A DNA stretch of 64,000 nt from Candidatus Heimdallarchaeota archaeon (lineage in GTDB: Archaea; Asgardarchaeota; Heimdallarchaeia; Heimdallarchaeales; Kariarchaeaceae). This document shows, in pieces, positions 8,322 to 16,913 of this stretch. Made by a program: the position numbers and the translations under genes. Location of the stretch: positions 1,861-65,860 of the forward strand of contig WAKA01000056.1 in the NCBI GenBank assembly GCA_015523565.1, given 5' to 3'. The notes below the pieces were generated by a model. The model ran no database searches. It saw nothing but the letters and a program-made list of their open reading frames with translations, and was not told the origin of the DNA. Within the stretch, counting starts at the first letter, position 1. Each line of letters begins with the position of its first letter.

Positions 8322-9923
8322 TTACAGCTTTTTGGTCATATAAAATCGATTAAGGGTATAGCCAAATTTTTCGTAATATTTGCGAACACCCACCCCAGAA
8401 ATTATTGATAGATATTCAAATCCATTTTCTAGCGCCATCCGTTCTGCTGCATTCAAGAGTTTTCTACCATAACCCCTGTGTTGGAAGCTTTCATTGTCTC
8501 TACCACCAATTTGAAGAGAAGAACCATAAACATGCAGTTCTCTTACAATTGCGGATCCTTCAAGTTCAGGAATGAAAATATCGTCACTTGGAAAACGCAG
8601 TCTCAAAAATCCGATAAGGATATCATCAGGATTCTCATATGAAAGGAAATGTTCCATTCCATCGGAAGCTTCATAAGAACGAACCCTTAAACTAAAGCTT
8701 TCTGGATCTGGAATTGGGTTACCCTTGTAGACATAATGACCGATTTCTCGGCATCGGATACATCGGCAAACCGCATTAAGTTGATTCATTTGTTCTTGGA
8801 TGCGTTTACGCATGTCTCCCCAAGTTGCTCCTGCGACAACAAGATTAATGGGTAGGTCACGTAAGGCACGCTTGATTCTCACATATGGAGGGGTCATCTT
8901 TTTTGCTTCCAATATGATGCGGAATGTCTCCTCATTGCTCAGTGCACGATATTTCCCATCAACAACCATTTGTGCAAGTGGCGTGTTTTCTATGACTTGG
9001 GTAGGATAAATTTTCATTTCATCAGGAATAAAACGAGGGTCAGTATAAAGCTTCTTGAAATCTTCAATGTCCATTTCAGGAGTGGTTCCAGGCAATCCAG
9101 GCATCATATGAGCCGTTATTTTCAATCCTGCATCACGCAATGCCTTGAAGGCATCAACTGTTTCCTTGAGCCCATGCCCCCTATTGACAAATTGAAGAAC
9201 TTCTTCACGCAACGTCTGCACTCCCAACTCAACACGGGTCACACCGTATTCCAACATAGGCACAATATGCTTTTTTGTAGCCCAATCTGGTTTAGTTTCA
9301 AAGGTTAAGCCAACACATCTGTATTTTGCAGTTTCATTCTTCCTTTTTGCTTCTTCTATTGTTTCAGACCTTTCACCATTAAGAGCCTCATATATCCCAA
9401 GCATAAATTCATCTTGGTATGCCTTTGGGGTGCTGTTGAAAGTCCCGCCCATGACTATCAAGTCAATTTTTTCGGCGTTATGCCCTGTTGCTTCCAGTTG
9501 TTTGATACGAGACCGTAATTGAAGAGTTGGGTCAAAACCGTTCTGAATTGCCCTCATTGAGGCAGGTTCACGACCTGTATAAGACATTGGCGTACCCCAT
9601 GCCGGTCCACCAGGACAGAAAATACAAGCACCATGGCGACAAGGGAATGGGGCAGTCATTACAGAAATAACATTCACACCAGAAATGGATCTGACATTCC
9701 GTATCCTTAGAACTTTCTTGAATTCATCAATATTGTCCCTTGTATGCATTGCATAAGTAAGCAAATCAGAGTTACGGGGAAATCGCTTGAGCCTGTATTT
9801 AGTTGAAATGTTTCTTTTTATTGCCTCTAAACGATCTTTGTTTGGTTTTTCTTTTTCAACTAGATCAAGGATTTCTTCATAAGCCTGTTTGGAAATTGCG
9901 TCTAACTCTTCTACATTAAGCAA
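8322..9923 (-). CDS. elp3: Elp3-type tRNA U34 carboxymethyltransferase (radical SAM plus GNAT domains)
   Basis: It has the radical-SAM cluster motif PFPCRHGACIFCPGG and a C-terminal GNAT motif (HRGYGRKLLNAAERMA). The 533-aa length is typical of archaeal Elp3. Confidence 0.9.
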   Translation of the reverse strand: MLNVEELDAISKQAYEEILDLVEKEKPNKDRLEAIKRNISTKYRLKRFPRNSDLLTYAMHTRDNIDEFKKVLRIRNVRSISGVNVISVMTAPFPCRHGACIFCPGGPAWGTPMSYTGREPASMRAIQNGFDPTLQLRSRIKQLEATGHNAEKIDLIVMGGTFNSTPKAYQDEFMLGIYEALNGERSETIEEAKRKNETAKYRCVGLTFETKPDWATKKHIVPMLEYGVTRVELGVQTLREEVLQFVNRGHGLKETVDAFKALRDAGLKITAHMMPGLPGTTPEMDIEDFKKLYTDPRFIPDEMKIYPTQVIENTPLAQMVVDGKYRALSNEETFRIILEAKKMTPPYVRIKRALRDLPINLVVAGATWGDMRKRIQEQMNQLNAVCRCIRCREIGHYVYKGNPIPDPESFSLRVRSYEASDGMEHFLSYENPDDILIGFLRLRFPSDDIFIPELEGSAIVRELHVYGSSLQIGGRDNESFQHRGYGRKLLNAAERMALENGFEYLSIISGVGVRKYYEKFGYTLNRFYMTKKL

Positions 9924-9940
9924 GAGGAATTAATCCTCCA

Positions 9941-10111
9941 TTACATTCTTTTTGTGCCTTGACCAACAGGTTTCATTTTGATCATTCTATTGTAGTAATT
10001 TTTCCTGTTCCTCATACGGGGAGAGGGATGTTTCCTGTTGGGATACTTCTTTTCAACTTTTGGCGTCCTTTTACGGACAATACCTGCATTTTGTAGTCTT
10101 CCGTGGGTCAT
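9941..10111 (-). CDS. rps30e: 30S ribosomal protein eS30 (56 aa, below the ORF-track cutoff)
   Basis: The reverse-strand ORF runs from ATG at 10111 to TAA at 9943-9941. It translates to MTHGRLQNAGIVRKRTPKVEKKYPNRKHPSPRMRNRKNYYNRMIKMKPVGQGTKRM, which matches the eS30 signature HGSLxxAGKVRxQTPKV with a basic tail. Confidence 0.75.
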   Translation of the reverse strand: MTHGRLQNAGIVRKRTPKVEKKYPNRKHPSPRMRNRKNYYNRMIKMKPVGQGTKRM

Positions 10112-10200
10112 TATATTCTACTCCTTGTCTATCCTATTCCCTGATTCATCTATTTAAAATGTTCAGATGGATACAACGGATGAACTGGAAACCTTAAATT

Positions 10201-10223
10201 CAAGGGAAACACACATTCCCTTG
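10201..10223 (+). promoter_or_regulatory. Perfect 8-bp inverted repeat (hairpin) ending on the first base of the nop5 GTG start codon
   Basis: CAAGGGAA (10201-10208), then a 7-nt loop ACACACA, then TTCCCTTG (10216-10223). G10223 is nt 1 of the GTG start. Confidence 0.3.
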
Positions 10224-11386
10224 TGGCTATTATCGCATCAAATGCATTCGGGATATTTCTGTTATCGGAAACTGGTGATTTGCTCGGACAATTCTCTTAT
10301 GGAGATCTCAATAAACAGTCATTTTTGGATGCTATCAAAGATCAAGAAAAAATCATTGTTGACAATACGCATGTTGCGTCTTCCATCCGAGAAAATGTAA
10401 AAGTACAAGTAGATTTGAACAATCCTGTACTGAAAGAATGGCGGTTGGACAGATATTCAAACTTACTAGAAAAAACAGGGGTTACAATTGATCATCTGCA
10501 GTATATAGAAAAAGTAAAGGCATTTGCTGTTCAAAGATCAAGGGAAACTGTCAGAAAACATGCAGAAGGAAGGGATACACTAATTGCACAGGCAATCCAC
10601 GCCATTGACGAAATTCAAAAATCATTTGTCCTCCTTTCGGGAAGGCTCAAAGAGATCTATTCACTCCATTTCCCAGAATTGACAAATAGGGTTAGAAATC
10701 CAGCGACATTAGCTAAGCTAATATTAATGAAGCCAGAAAGAACCGAAATTACACTAGATTTGCTTACATCATTGGGAATTGATGAAGAACATGCAAAATA
10801 CATTATCAGTTACAAAAACGAATCACTTGGAGGAAGCTTTAAGAAAGAAGATTTAATCATTATTCAATCCCTTGCTGATAGCGTTCATAACTTGTACAAA
10901 AGAAAACAGGAATTAGAGGACTGGGTGACGAATACCATGAATGAAGTTGCTCCAAACCTTGCAGCAGTTGCAGGAACCAATGTAGGGGCGCGGTTGATTG
11001 CACATGTAGGGAATCTTAGAGACCTTGCATTTCTTTCCAGTGGCAAGGTTCAAACATTGGGGGCAGAAAAGGCATTGTACAAGGCATTGAGATTTAATGG
11101 CAAAACTCCAAAACACGGAATTATATTTCAAATCCCTGAGGTCGGAACCATGCCATTTTGGTTAAGAGGAAAGATGGCACGAGCTTTTGCATCCAAAATA
11201 GTCATTGCGGCCCGCCTAGATCTTTATGGCGGTTCTTTTTTGGGAGACCAATTAAGGGAACAGCTTAAAGAAAAAAGCAAAAAATTAAGAGAGCAATTCC
11301 CAAACCCACCAAAGCCCAAAGAAACAAAAGGTACTTCAAAATCAAGAAAGAAATTCAGAAAAAATAGAAAAAGGAGGAAGAAATAA
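10223..11386 (+). CDS. nop5: C/D box RNP core protein Nop5 (Nop56/58 homologue) with a Lys/Arg-rich C-terminal tail
   Basis: The Nop domain is present (APNLAAVAGTNVGARLIAHVGNLRDLAFLSSGKVQTLGAEKALYKAL). It precedes fibrillarin with a 1-nt TAATG overlap. The start codon is GTG. Confidence 0.9.
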   Translation: MAIIASNAFGIFLLSETGDLLGQFSYGDLNKQSFLDAIKDQEKIIVDNTHVASSIRENVKVQVDLNNPVLKEWRLDRYSNLLEKTGVTIDHLQYIEKVKAFAVQRSRETVRKHAEGRDTLIAQAIHAIDEIQKSFVLLSGRLKEIYSLHFPELTNRVRNPATLAKLILMKPERTEITLDLLTSLGIDEEHAKYIISYKNESLGGSFKKEDLIIIQSLADSVHNLYKRKQELEDWVTNTMNEVAPNLAAVAGTNVGARLIAHVGNLRDLAFLSSGKVQTLGAEKALYKALRFNGKTPKHGIIFQIPEVGTMPFWLRGKMARAFASKIVIAARLDLYGGSFLGDQLREQLKEKSKKLREQFPNPPKPKETKGTSKSRKKFRKNRKRRKK

Positions 11387-12081
11387 TGGAAATTGAAATC
11401 AAACCCGCAAAAAAACAACAGGGAGTCTTTCGTGTTCAAGGCATTCCAGGAGTTTTGCTTGCAACTGTAAATGCAACACCAAGTTTATCGGTTTATGGAG
11501 AACGATTAATCCCGTATAAAGGAAAAGAATATAGGGAATTCTCGCATAAAAGATCAAAGATTGCTTCGAGCATTCTTGTTGGACTTAAAATACCTTATCT
11601 TAAACCCAACGCCAAGGTTCTTTATTTAGGGGCTTCAACAGGGACAACCGTTTCCCATGTCAGCGATTTGCTCACAAAAGGGGTGGTTTATGCAGTTGAG
11701 TTTGCCCCAAGACCAATGAGAGATTTGCTGGAACTTGCAAGTCTCAGAAAAAACATTGTTCCAATCCATGATGACGCGAGATACCCTGAAAATTATTCCG
11801 ATATCGTTGATGGCGTGGACTTCGTATTTTGTGACGTCGCCCAGCCAAACCAATCGGAATTGTTCATTAAGAATATTCAGACCTTCTTGAAAAAGGGAGG
11901 GGGCGCAATGATCGCCATCAAGTCCAGATCCATTTCCCAGTCAAAGACACCAGAACAGGTTTTTGATGAGCAACAAAAGTATTTGAACAAGAATGGACTT
12001 GAAATAGAAAGAAGCGTGAGTATTTCAAAATATCATAAGGAACATCAGGTCTTTTTGGGAAAATGGTTTGGAAAGAAGTGA
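11386..12081 (+). CDS. flpA: Fibrillarin-like rRNA/tRNA 2'-O-methyltransferase
   Basis: The SAM-binding motif VLYLGASTGTTVSHVSD is present, followed by VYAVEFAPR and DVAQPNQ. The length of 231 aa fits. Confidence 0.95.
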   Translation: MEIEIKPAKKQQGVFRVQGIPGVLLATVNATPSLSVYGERLIPYKGKEYREFSHKRSKIASSILVGLKIPYLKPNAKVLYLGASTGTTVSHVSDLLTKGVVYAVEFAPRPMRDLLELASLRKNIVPIHDDARYPENYSDIVDGVDFVFCDVAQPNQSELFIKNIQTFLKKGGGAMIAIKSRSISQSKTPEQVFDEQQKYLNKNGLEIERSVSISKYHKEHQVFLGKWFGKK

Positions 12082-12151
12082 ACAAAGATAGATTGTAATA
12101 TCCAATGCTTAATAAAGGGAATAATGCAACTGTGTATGAGAAACAAGGTCC

Positions 12152-12769
12152 GTGAATGCCATGAGCGTAACATTGTCAAGAACACCAGAAGTAACCCCTG
12201 AAAGAGGTAATAACATACTTAATAAGATCTTTAGGTTTTTTCACGTAAGACCAATTTATGTTGTTTTGAGAACCATGTTAAGAGTTCCAACAACAAACCT
12301 TTACCATCCAATCCATGTTTCGCATTCCCAATACCCTTATGTTGCAGAACGATATAGAGGACTGCTTGCATTATCTGAAGAGGCTTGTACTGGATGTAAA
12401 AAATGTGAAAGAATCTGTCCAAACAAGACAATCATCATGCAGACAAGGGAAATCAATGGCAAAGAATACCGATTCCCAGCTTATTTTGCAGGAAGATGTA
12501 TGAAATGTGGACTTTGTGAAGAGGTTTGCGATAGACAGTTTGCCATACGACACACTGATCAATTCGAGGACGCAGGGTATATAAGAGAACAATTGTTCTA
12601 TTCCGCAGAAAGAATGTTTGATATGTGGGAAAAGCATATCCAACCCAGAATTGATGCAGGAATTGCACATGTTGCAGTGCCTGACAAAAGAAGAGTGGAA
12701 AAGGAATATTTTGCAGAGCAAGAAGAGAAAAGGAAGGAACAAGACAAAGCAGATCCAAGAATTTACTGA
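12152..12769 (+). CDS. 2x[4Fe-4S] ferredoxin-domain protein (NuoI-like)
   Basis: It has two cluster motifs, CTGCKKCERICP and CMKCGLCEEVCD. The start codon is GTG. Confidence 0.7.
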   Translation: MNAMSVTLSRTPEVTPERGNNILNKIFRFFHVRPIYVVLRTMLRVPTTNLYHPIHVSHSQYPYVAERYRGLLALSEEACTGCKKCERICPNKTIIMQTREINGKEYRFPAYFAGRCMKCGLCEEVCDRQFAIRHTDQFEDAGYIREQLFYSAERMFDMWEKHIQPRIDAGIAHVAVPDKRRVEKEYFAEQEEKRKEQDKADPRIY

Positions 12770-12779
12770 CACCAGATGA

Positions 12780-13259
12780 TTATTTTACCTTTTCAAACTG
12801 GAAAACAATTTGCTTGACAGTCTGGTTTTCCCATTTGCTGAAAACCTGTTTTGCAGAAATTGCAAGCTGTTTCCACTTATTGGGGAGATACCAAAGGAGC
12901 CATTCAATCTTTTTTAGACTTTCCTCGTTTTGACTTAAGGCGTCATCAACAAGTATGGTAATGTCCCCCTCATCCCAATCCCCTTTTTGGACTTGAGGAA
13001 TGTTTTTGGACAATTCAGATTTAAGGCGTTTCAAGACAAATCGCTCAAATTCATCACCCAAATCCAAATTGATGTGAATAAGAACACTATTAACGGTACT
13101 TTCAATGAGCATGTTTTCTTCAAATGTTTGAGTGACAGCACCAATTTCACATTCCCGACATATTGCACAAGGGAAGTTTATTCCCCCTCTTGAAGGACAT
13201 TCAATAGGCTTTAATATTCTGAATTCTTCCAATGTTATGATCTCACCCATGTGAATCAA
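12780..13259 (-). CDS. Hypothetical protein with an N-terminal Cys cluster
   Basis: A 159-aa ORF containing CPSRGGINFPCAICREC. I recognise no family. Confidence 0.45.
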   Translation of the reverse strand: MIHMGEIITLEEFRILKPIECPSRGGINFPCAICRECEIGAVTQTFEENMLIESTVNSVLIHINLDLGDEFERFVLKRLKSELSKNIPQVQKGDWDEGDITILVDDALSQNEESLKKIEWLLWYLPNKWKQLAISAKQVFSKWENQTVKQIVFQFEKVK

Positions 13260-13324
13260 AAGAATTTATGGCATGATGATATTTAAATTCTGGTTAACCT
13301 ATCTCCATAATTATATAAGTTGAC

Positions 13325-14083
13325 ATGGTGGAAGACATAGTGAACAAATCTGGTGAGTTTGCAGAATTTGAAAAAGCAAGAACGGTTGATTCTGTTTTAG
13401 TTTGGACTAGACTTGATTATTTGAAAGATGAATTGAAAAGGTTGAGAACGAAATTTGAAACTTTTGAGAACACCATTGTTGAAGAGATGGAAATGAAATG
13501 GAAAGAATTCAAGAAATCCATGAAAAGAGGCTTAAAAAAAGATGAAAAGTTTAAGCAAATGAATGCATATATTGGGACACTGAGACAGGAGATACTCAGT
13601 AGATTAACAGATGAGTTGTTCAATGACCTTTGGAATTATAGGGCAAATGTGGAACTGCTCATTGCAACATTTAGGTATGGTCTTGTTTCCGATTATGTTG
13701 CCAGGGACTTGAAATGGGAAGAGAAAATATCAAGCTCACAAAAACCTATTGTTTTGCGGATGGGGAGACCAAGAAAAAATGATATGAGATCCTTTAAAAT
13801 TACTGAAGAGATAAGGAAAATGTTCAAACCGTTACATGAAGTATTTGAAGAAAGCAGAAACATATTGAAAAAACAACCAACCCCACAAAGAATCCTATTA
13901 TTGGAAAAAGAAATCATTGAAAAGGCAAATGATGTGAAAATTGCACATGAACTACTTGAACCAATCATCTATGAGTACTCAGATCAAAAATTACAGAAAA
14001 GGATACAATCAACATATAAAAGTCTATACAAATTAAGGGAACAATCAACTTTAATCACTCAAGCATGTGCTCCACGAATTTAG
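13325..14083 (+). CDS. Hypothetical protein, predicted all-helical/coiled-coil and charged
   Basis: A 252-aa ORF rich in K/E heptad-like stretches. I recognise no family. Confidence 0.5.
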   Translation: MVEDIVNKSGEFAEFEKARTVDSVLVWTRLDYLKDELKRLRTKFETFENTIVEEMEMKWKEFKKSMKRGLKKDEKFKQMNAYIGTLRQEILSRLTDELFNDLWNYRANVELLIATFRYGLVSDYVARDLKWEEKISSSQKPIVLRMGRPRKNDMRSFKITEEIRKMFKPLHEVFEESRNILKKQPTPQRILLLEKEIIEKANDVKIAHELLEPIIYEYSDQKLQKRIQSTYKSLYKLREQSTLITQACAPRI

Positions 14084-14150
14084 AGGTTTACACCCTAAGT
14101 TTTTTTAACAGCGAAATTGACTTTTAGCTAATCAAAAGAGGAATGTACTA

Positions 14151-14381
14151 ATGCCAAGCTGTCCAGATTGTGGAGAAACAAAGATGAAAAAACATGCGCC
14201 CTTTTATGTATGTACAAGATGTGGATTGAGTTTTAAACCAACAGAAATCCAACAGGCAAAAGATCGGGCAAGGAGAGAATTACAACAAATCAGCAGAAAC
14301 AAAACAGCAGAAATGGAAGAAAAAAGAAAGAAAAAAATAAAGGATTATCGAAGATGGATTGAAGGACGAGATGAATTTTAA
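14151..14381 (+). CDS. Small zinc-ribbon protein with a basic helical tail
   Basis: CPDCG...CTRCG forms a 4-Cys ribbon in the first 25 aa. It is followed by a K/R/E-rich helix. Confidence 0.5.
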   Translation: MPSCPDCGETKMKKHAPFYVCTRCGLSFKPTEIQQAKDRARRELQQISRNKTAEMEEKRKKKIKDYRRWIEGRDEF

Positions 14382-14393
14382 ACGTGAAGAATC

Positions 14394-15578
14394 GTGAGCA
14401 TTGAAATTGAAAAGAAATTATTTGGAATGGCAAGATACTCTACCAAATTTGCTGGCGTTGGAGGAAAAATCAAGATAATCCCAGAAGATTTTATTGTAAC
14501 TGAATTAACAGAAAATGGAATACCCGCAACTGAAGAAAAACTGCACGAGCAGGGAGGATTGTACCTGCATGTTTTAGTCAAAAAAAAGAACATGGATCAC
14601 CATACCATGACCAAACACCTCACAAGATTTTTCTCCGTAAGAGAAGAAGATATTGGAACAGCAGGAATTAAAGATAAGAAGGCAATAACCTACCAAGTTG
14701 CATCCATCTTCAACCCAAAAAAAAACATGAGGTTCAGCTATGCAAAACCCATATCCCATCTTGAAATATGGAATTTAGGAAAAAGGAAAAAAGGAATTGT
14801 AAAAGGTCATTTGAAAGGGAATGCATTTGAAATTAAAATAAGGGATGTGGATTTTGTTGCAAATGAAAATGAAATAAAAGAATCCCTTCAAACTAATAAA
14901 ATTTTTAATTATTATGGACATCAAAGATTTGGATGTCTACGCCCCATCAATCCGTTGGTAGGATATGCAATCCTGAAGAAAGAACACAGAAAAGCAATTG
15001 ATTTAATCATTGGCACAGAATGGCTGGATGATCGAGATGAGAACAAATTTAGAAGAATTTGGAATGAGGACAATAATGCTCAGAAAATATTGGATGAATG
15101 GTCAAATCCGCCATTACATGAAAAGCTTATCCTGCAGTGGCTTTCAAAAAGACCAAATGATTATTCAGGCGCAGTTTCAAGACTCCCAAAAAATTTAATT
15201 AATCTATTTAAGAGGTCCTTTATCTCTTTACTTTGGAACAAATACCTCTCAAAAAGAGGGAACCATGAAAACCCCTTGTCGGGAGAGAGAACATGCAAAA
15301 CAATAAATGGTAAGAATTTGGAAATTGCCTTACCAAGCAAGGAATGGTCAAGACCACTCAATGAAATTTGGAAAGAAGTTTTTGAAGAGTATAAAATCGA
15401 CATGAAAGTATTCTCAAATGAAAAGCATAGTTCAAGATTGGCTTATTTGGATATTTCAAACCTCGAAATTATTTTGGGGAATGAAATGATGTCTTTAAAG
15501 TTTAAGCTCTCCAAAGGTCAATATGCAACAATTCTTCTCAGAGAAGTCATGAAAACAGATTTCAAGAATTATTGTTAG
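14394..15578 (+). CDS. truD: tRNA pseudouridine synthase TruD/Pus7 family
   Basis: The catalytic motif GTAGIKDKKAITYQ (GxKDxxAxTxQ) is present, as is the downstream YGHQRFG motif. The start codon is GTG. Confidence 0.85.
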   Translation: MSIEIEKKLFGMARYSTKFAGVGGKIKIIPEDFIVTELTENGIPATEEKLHEQGGLYLHVLVKKKNMDHHTMTKHLTRFFSVREEDIGTAGIKDKKAITYQVASIFNPKKNMRFSYAKPISHLEIWNLGKRKKGIVKGHLKGNAFEIKIRDVDFVANENEIKESLQTNKIFNYYGHQRFGCLRPINPLVGYAILKKEHRKAIDLIIGTEWLDDRDENKFRRIWNEDNNAQKILDEWSNPPLHEKLILQWLSKRPNDYSGAVSRLPKNLINLFKRSFISLLWNKYLSKRGNHENPLSGERTCKTINGKNLEIALPSKEWSRPLNEIWKEVFEEYKIDMKVFSNEKHSSRLAYLDISNLEIILGNEMMSLKFKLSKGQYATILLREVMKTDFKNYC

Positions 15579-16084
15579 GTATATGAATAATGTGCCTTTA
15601 CCCCAAAAAGTTCTTCCACAATGTTGGATAGGGTTTCTTGTGGAAAACTAAGCTTTCCTTGGTCTTCTTTTTTTATTTGTATTTTTATCTCTTTTTCACC
15701 AAATGGGGGGATAAACACTGTGCTTATCGAAACTGGTTCCACAGGTGATATGAGATTTTCTATAAATTTTTCCGCTTTCTTGTGCTTTTCAATAATGAAA
15801 ACATCCGTCCCAATTGCATCACTTAACTCATTAAGAAGAACAAAACCAGATCTGTCAAAGCGTTTTTTGTCTCCTTCATTCACAATCAGAAATGCACCCA
15901 TTGGTGTTAAGATGATCTTATTCAAGGTTATTTTGTTTAGTTCTTTATTTTGCTTTGATGCATGGATAATGACTTTTCCGACTTTTATGTCAATATCACT
16001 CGCCTCGCCCGATTTCATCTTTTTTGAGCAGGTCAAACAGAGATCGTTTGTAGTAATGCACATTCTGTCCAAAGTTAATTTCAC
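15575..16084 (-). CDS. NusA-like KH-domain RNA-binding protein with an N-terminal Cys motif (putative)
   Basis: LNELSDAIGTDVFIIEKHKKAEKFIENLISPVEPVSISTV follows the NusA KH pattern (L..eLgGekIDIhxxxxdxxxFIxNALsPAxVxxV). The N-terminus has CITTNDLCLTC. The opposite-strand ORF 15621-16109 is low-complexity and was rejected. Confidence 0.45.
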   Translation of the reverse strand: MKLTLDRMCITTNDLCLTCSKKMKSGEASDIDIKVGKVIIHASKQNKELNKITLNKIILTPMGAFLIVNEGDKKRFDRSGFVLLNELSDAIGTDVFIIEKHKKAEKFIENLISPVEPVSISTVFIPPFGEKEIKIQIKKEDQGKLSFPQETLSNIVEELFGVKAHYSYT

Positions 16085-16258
16085 AAAGGTTCCTCCTCTG
16101 TCGTATTGACAGCATTAATATAAATGTAAAAGTTATCCCTTTTTAACTTTACATTACCACTTTTCAACAATTGAAATAATGGCATAATATAGCCTATTTA
16201 GTTCAAAATTGGGAAATATCTACTTTTAGTTAAACAAGGTTGATAAAGGAGAAAATTA

Positions 16259-16861
16259 ATGTCGGAACAATTAATGACTGAAAGCATACCAAGAACAAGT
16301 CCAGGACGGACATATGTTTACAAAGTTGTGCTGATTGGAGACGGTGCTGTCGGCAAAACCAGCCTTCGAAGAAAATATATGGGAGAAGGCTTTCAAGTGG
16401 AATACCTCAACACAGTTGGCGCTGACTTTGCGTATTATAGTGAAAAAATTGGGAATAATATATATAAGTGGAGCATTTGGGATCTTGCAGGTCAACCAAA
16501 ATTCGAAAATGTTCGACCAATGTTTTATCAAGGCGCATTAGGGGCTTTGGTTTGTTTTGATAGCACACGAGTTCAAACCTTCAGGAATTTGGATAAATGG
16601 GTTGACGAATTGGTAAGAAACACATATAGTGAAGGAACTCCAATTGTTGTCGTAGCAACAAAAATGGATATTTATGATTCAAATGCAGAAGGACATGTCA
16701 ATTTTGATGAAGTTGAGGAATATGTCAAAAAATTGCAGGAAAGATTCAAGAACAGGTTTGACGTGGGAATGATAAAGACATCTGCATTAAAGGGAACAAA
16801 TATCAAGGAAGCATTCAACATGTTAAGGGAAGCCATTATTAAATGGCATGAAAATAATTGA
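16259..16861 (+). CDS. Ras/Rab-like small GTPase
   Basis: All G boxes are present: G1 GDGAVGKTS, G2 NTVGADF, G3 WDLAGQ, G4 TKMD and G5 TSALKG. It is 200 aa with no C-terminal Cys prenylation motif. Confidence 0.85.
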   Translation: MSEQLMTESIPRTSPGRTYVYKVVLIGDGAVGKTSLRRKYMGEGFQVEYLNTVGADFAYYSEKIGNNIYKWSIWDLAGQPKFENVRPMFYQGALGALVCFDSTRVQTFRNLDKWVDELVRNTYSEGTPIVVVATKMDIYDSNAEGHVNFDEVEEYVKKLQERFKNRFDVGMIKTSALKGTNIKEAFNMLREAIIKWHENN

Positions 16862-16913
16862 GAAAACGAACCCATATCCTGAATTTTATCAATAATCAAC
16901 AAAAAAAAGACAT

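Noticed and set aside
10141-10200. A possible C/D-box or K-turn element upstream of nop5 (strings CTGA, cAGATGGA and GGATGAACTGG)
   Set aside because: The boxes deviate from RUGAUGA/CUGA, and I cannot pair them into a convincing K-turn. Only the downstream hairpin is reported.
10167-10400. A 77-aa plus-strand ORF overlapping the nop5 start
   Set aside because: It is out of frame with the well-supported Nop5 N-terminus (MAIIASNAFGIFLL...) and has no motif.
12371-12772. Two overlapping minus-strand ORFs (133 aa and 101 aa) opposite the ferredoxin gene
   Set aside because: The plus strand encodes two clean CxxCxxCxxxCP clusters. The antisense products are Phe/Leu/Cys-rich nonsense.
15621-16109. 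A 162-aa plus-strand ORF nearly co-extensive with 15575-16084 on the minus strand
   Set aside because: The minus-strand translation shows a NusA-type KH pattern and normal composition. The plus-strand one is Phe/Ser/Ile-rich low complexity.
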